A DNA stretch of 63,609 nt, the filler included, from Licmophora abbreviata (Eukaryota): NCBI GenBank assembly GCA_900291995.1. It is 10 parts of 10 records of this genome, joined end to end, with 100 filler letters (N's around TTAATTAATTAA, not from the genome) between each part and the next. Parts side by side here need not be neighbours in the genome. Positions count along the whole stretch, not along the records: positions 57,163 to 61,404 come from OLMU01000053.1; positions 61,505 to 63,609 come from OLMU01000058.1; 8 more parts are not named here. One strand, given 5' to 3'. Position 1 is the first letter of the stretch; the number at the start of each line of letters is the position of its first letter. Positions 60,295-63,609 of this stretch are shown in pieces. Below the pieces are notes generated by a model that ran no database searches, was not told the origin of the DNA, and saw nothing but the letters and a program-made list of their open reading frames with translations. The translations under genes were made by a program, and so were the position numbers.

Positions 60295-60377
60295 CAGTCA
60301 GTCGAGCGTTTTGCATTTCGTACGCCTATTATAGCGAACTTCATGTTGCGTAATCTATAACACCTCTCTATGTTCGA

Positions 60378-61311
60378 TCAACTTCTAGGCGTTGTGCCTC
60401 TTTCTTCGGCAGCCGAATCTATGCTTTCCAAAACCTTTCTTGGCAGCAAGACAGGCACCTTATGGTCGCCCGTGATGCCGCGCTGCGCCCTTATGACATG
60501 CTCAAAGGATCGTCGCTTGGAGCAGTTTTCAGAGAATTTCCTAATTGCCCTCCATGTGTCTTCGTCCTTCAAACTGCCTTCGGATTCTAGATTGGCCCAA
60601 AAGGATTGCGGTACCTGCCGCTGCGTGAGCTCCATCCAATCGTCACACAGACTCTCCGCTACCGCACTCCGACCGGAACAGAGCGGAATGCTGGCCATGT
60701 CATCATAGAGATTGGTATTATCATCTAATACCACTTGATAGCCACGATGTCCAGCCCAAAGCGAAAAGCTGCCTTCCATCATCAGGCCTACGAAATTGAT
60801 GTATGCGGAGGCCGCGGCCTTCGTTGGGGTGAGAGTCCTCCATCAACATAACGACGACTTGCGACACCCCACACAATACAGTTCCTTACGTACCCATAGC
60901 ACTCTGCAATACACTGAAACGATGTTTCTTGCTCTGTGTTAACTTTTCTTGGTACGCCTTGACTCTGGCGTTACCGCCGATACGCCACACCATATACCGG
61001 GGCAAGACCCTGAGCGACACAAAGGTGGCTACACCTACCGAAGCACCGATGAGCCACGCATTCCTTTGGACCTGCAGTCCTGCACTCAGTATCTTAGATT
61101 CTTCTTGGAAATCTTGTCGTTCTTGTTCATCGACTGGCATGCGAAACAAGACGTCGCGGTGTCGGTGGTACAGGTCCGTGTAAAGCTTGAGATACTTGGC
61201 TTCTTTGGAACGCTCCTTTTCTGCTATTAGTACTTCCATGGATGACGATCCAACGTTCTCAGCGACTGAGGGGCCTGAAGAGGGCTTTCGTTCGTTGTCT
61301 GGGCCACTCAT
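60378..61311 (-). CDS. Hypothetical membrane protein, 2 exons
   Basis: Two ORFs linked by a GT-AG intron (donor ~60893). Hydrophobic WLIGASVGVATFVSL. Confidence 0.55.
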
Positions 61312-61404
61312 TCTATCGTCGCCGACTTCATCTTAATCAAAGTATGTTGCACCGACGACCGACGAAAACATCTCAGGTCAAATCCCACGCAGGACGGACG
61401 GTTT

Positions 61405-61504
61405 NNNNNNNNNNNNNNNNNNNNNNNNNNNNNNNNNNNNNNNNNNNNTTAATTAATTAANNNNNNNNNNNNNNNNNNNNNNNNNNNNNNNNNNNNNNNN
61501 NNNN
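61405..61504. other. Artificial spacer/gap
   Basis: 44N-TTAATTAATTAA-44N. Confidence 0.97.
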
Positions 61505-63544
61505 CCAGTATCGTGGGACGTGAGATAAAGCGATGGTATCGCCTTTGACGGCAGAGAGTTCTTGAAATGGGCAAAGCCTCCCTCCACAGTCTTCTTCAAT
61601 CGAAGTGCCCGAGGCTCTCCTATCGGCCCGACGTCCAGGCGATGAATGGTGTCGGTCATGATGACGTCAAGATGTTTCTTGAACTGCTCGGGGAACAAAC
61701 TGGCCATCATATGGCCTGCACCGGTCAGGAAGGCATCCAGTACCGGTGCCGTCAGAAGAGGCAGGGTCTCCGGGGCATGAGGCAAGTGCCCGAGAAATCG
61801 GTCGAGCCATTCAATAGATGACTTGTGACCTCCTAACAAGAGATGGCCCTCAGGTTTGGATGCCAAAATTCCCGCAACGAGCGAAACGATTCCCTATTGA
61901 AAGTGAGCGTTTACGATGTGATGCAATGTAAGATAACGAATATGGCAAAGAGAAGCACGTAACAAAGACTATCACAATCGTTCTCACCTCCGTTCGAGAC
62001 AGGAACCGCGCGAACGTCTCGTATTCTCCTGTTTTCTTATCCTTTGCCATGCCTAGGCCTTCCATGAGCTCCTCCTCGCTCGAGTCCTTCGAAGGGTGTG
62101 GTAGTGTGGGAATAGCTGTCGGACACGCCGTGTAAATATGGGCACCGAGAATAGGGACGAGCTCCTTTGCTTCTGTTGAGACCATCGCTAACATGCATGC
62201 CAGAGGAAAACCATCGCCACGTGGTCTATAGAGATGAAGCAACAAAGATGAGAGTTGTTGAGCCTGAGGATGTCGAACAAAGTCATACAAGTACAGCATA
62301 AGACAAGCATACCCGTTGAATCCTTCCGCCTGACATCGCACCATAGCAGTACTAGCCAAGAGGTCAACCAGATAACGCTTTCCCCGTGCCATTGTCGACG
62401 TGATCTGCGTGTTTCCCGCCTGAGCCTGCTGTTTGTTTTGTTCGTCTTCTTCACGAGCCTGTTTGATCTCCAAAGCTACTTCTGACGCGACGCTCTTGAT
62501 CTTGTCTGGATCTGGATTGAGCGTATTGACTTTGCCCCTGACCGTCTTTTTCATATGCAGTCGTCGCTTGGACACTTCCTTGGCCTTCTCGAAAGGTTCC
62601 ACGGACGCACGAAGTTCGACGAGCTTGGTGACGAGCTTCTTAGCTTTGGCAATATATTCGGTCTTCTTAGCTTCTTCTGCGGCTAGTGCCTTTCTTCTGG
62701 TCTCTCGTTCCTTTTGACGTTTCTGCTCTTCCGCCTCGCTTTGGGCTTTCTCTTCAATAGCTTGCTGTCGCTGGACCTCTTGAACTCGTTCCTGCTCTGC
62801 CTCTTCGGCTTCTTGTTGTTCTCGCAAGGCCTCCTCTGCAGCATCACGTTTCTTTCTTTCTTGCTTTTCCCGCTGAATGACTTTCATCGTGATCTCTTGT
62901 TCTTCTTTCAACAGCATCTTGAGCGCCTCCGCCGCTTGAACGTGCTGTTGGTCCATGTGGCGCTCGTGTTCGGTCATCTTGTTCCGTATTTCGATCAGTT
63001 CTCGATCTGCGACTTCCGCCAACTTCAACAATCGATTTCCGTTTTCTTCCAATGCCTGTAACGCTGGATTATCTTTGTCATGGTCGACCATAGACGCTGC
63101 CTGTAGCAGCTGTGTCACCTTGTCGACCGAGTCGTCTTGTACTATTAGTTGCACGTCCTGATGGTCGTACTGATGCGAGTATGATACAAGTTCCGATGCC
63201 GGTGCAGTGCGCCGGTCCAAGTATGCATCCAAAGGAGGAAAGGACTGGCACTTGTTCTGTTCGTCCCACATAAAGTCATCCTCCAGGAAATCATAAGGTT
63301 GCCCCCTTCGATAGCCAAGTCGTTGGCGAATTTCCTGCACAGACTCTCGCGGTCTGTCAACAAAGAAGCGTGTACGACCATAGGACGGCGCAAATCCCAA
63401 AGGATGAGGAAGTTCTTCACTACTTTCTGAAGAATTACCATCATCATCACTGCTACTGCTACTTTCTAGCTCGTCCAAGTCGCGCCAGGCTTTGAAATCG
63501 TCCGCGCCTACTGCGGCTTGCGGCGACAGGGAAAACCGGACCAT
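61505..63544 (-). CDS. GLE1: mRNA export factor Gle1, 3' truncated by gap
   Basis: Long coiled coil, then FPLA, CPTAIP, FLSRTEGIVSL, WLDRFL, LDAFLTGAG. Introns at 62226-62312 and 61894-61987. Confidence 0.8.
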
Positions 63545-63609
63545 GCTTCCTCTTGAAGAAAAATGTTTCAAGCCTTTTGCGTTTTGCACGTCTCAGGTTA
63601 TACAATCGA

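Noticed and set aside
20094..61504. Nine regularly structured TTAATTAATTAA repeats flanked by Ns, superficially like a repeat array
   Set aside because: Each is exactly 44N+12+44N: an artificial six-frame-stop linker, not biology. ORFs ending in X..LIN are artefacts.

Overview
This is eukaryotic nuclear DNA, most likely from a pennate diatom. Evidence: dense genes, short (~60-115 nt) GT-AG introns, and bipartite 'signal peptide + AF' plastid presequences. The window is a draft assembly of 10 segments joined by nine identical 100-nt artificial spacers (44 N + TTAATTAATTAA + 44 N), so several genes are truncated. About 37 genes are recognisable, including an SLC4 bicarbonate transporter, a PsuG-PsuK fusion, monopolin Csm1, an aldose/G6P 1-epimerase, MiaA, ASCC3, TrhO, a BRO1 protein, a GH10 glycoside hydrolase, TrmA, Elongin C, a MAPKK, a spastin-like ATPase, PEX19, an NSP-like kelch protein and Gle1. 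The most striking observation is a gene (3153-6061, minus) that aligns by eye along its length with the Pol II pausing factor NELF-B/COBRA1 and has an intact-looking bromodomain inserted in the middle. Other notable items: a triple LOTUS-domain protein, a giant disordered protein ending in tandem Nudix domains with duplicated intron positions, a membrane-anchored intronless GH10, a GC-AG intron and an apparent frameshift in ASCC3. I saw no RNA genes, CRISPR arrays or transposons. All family calls are from recalled motifs, not database searches.
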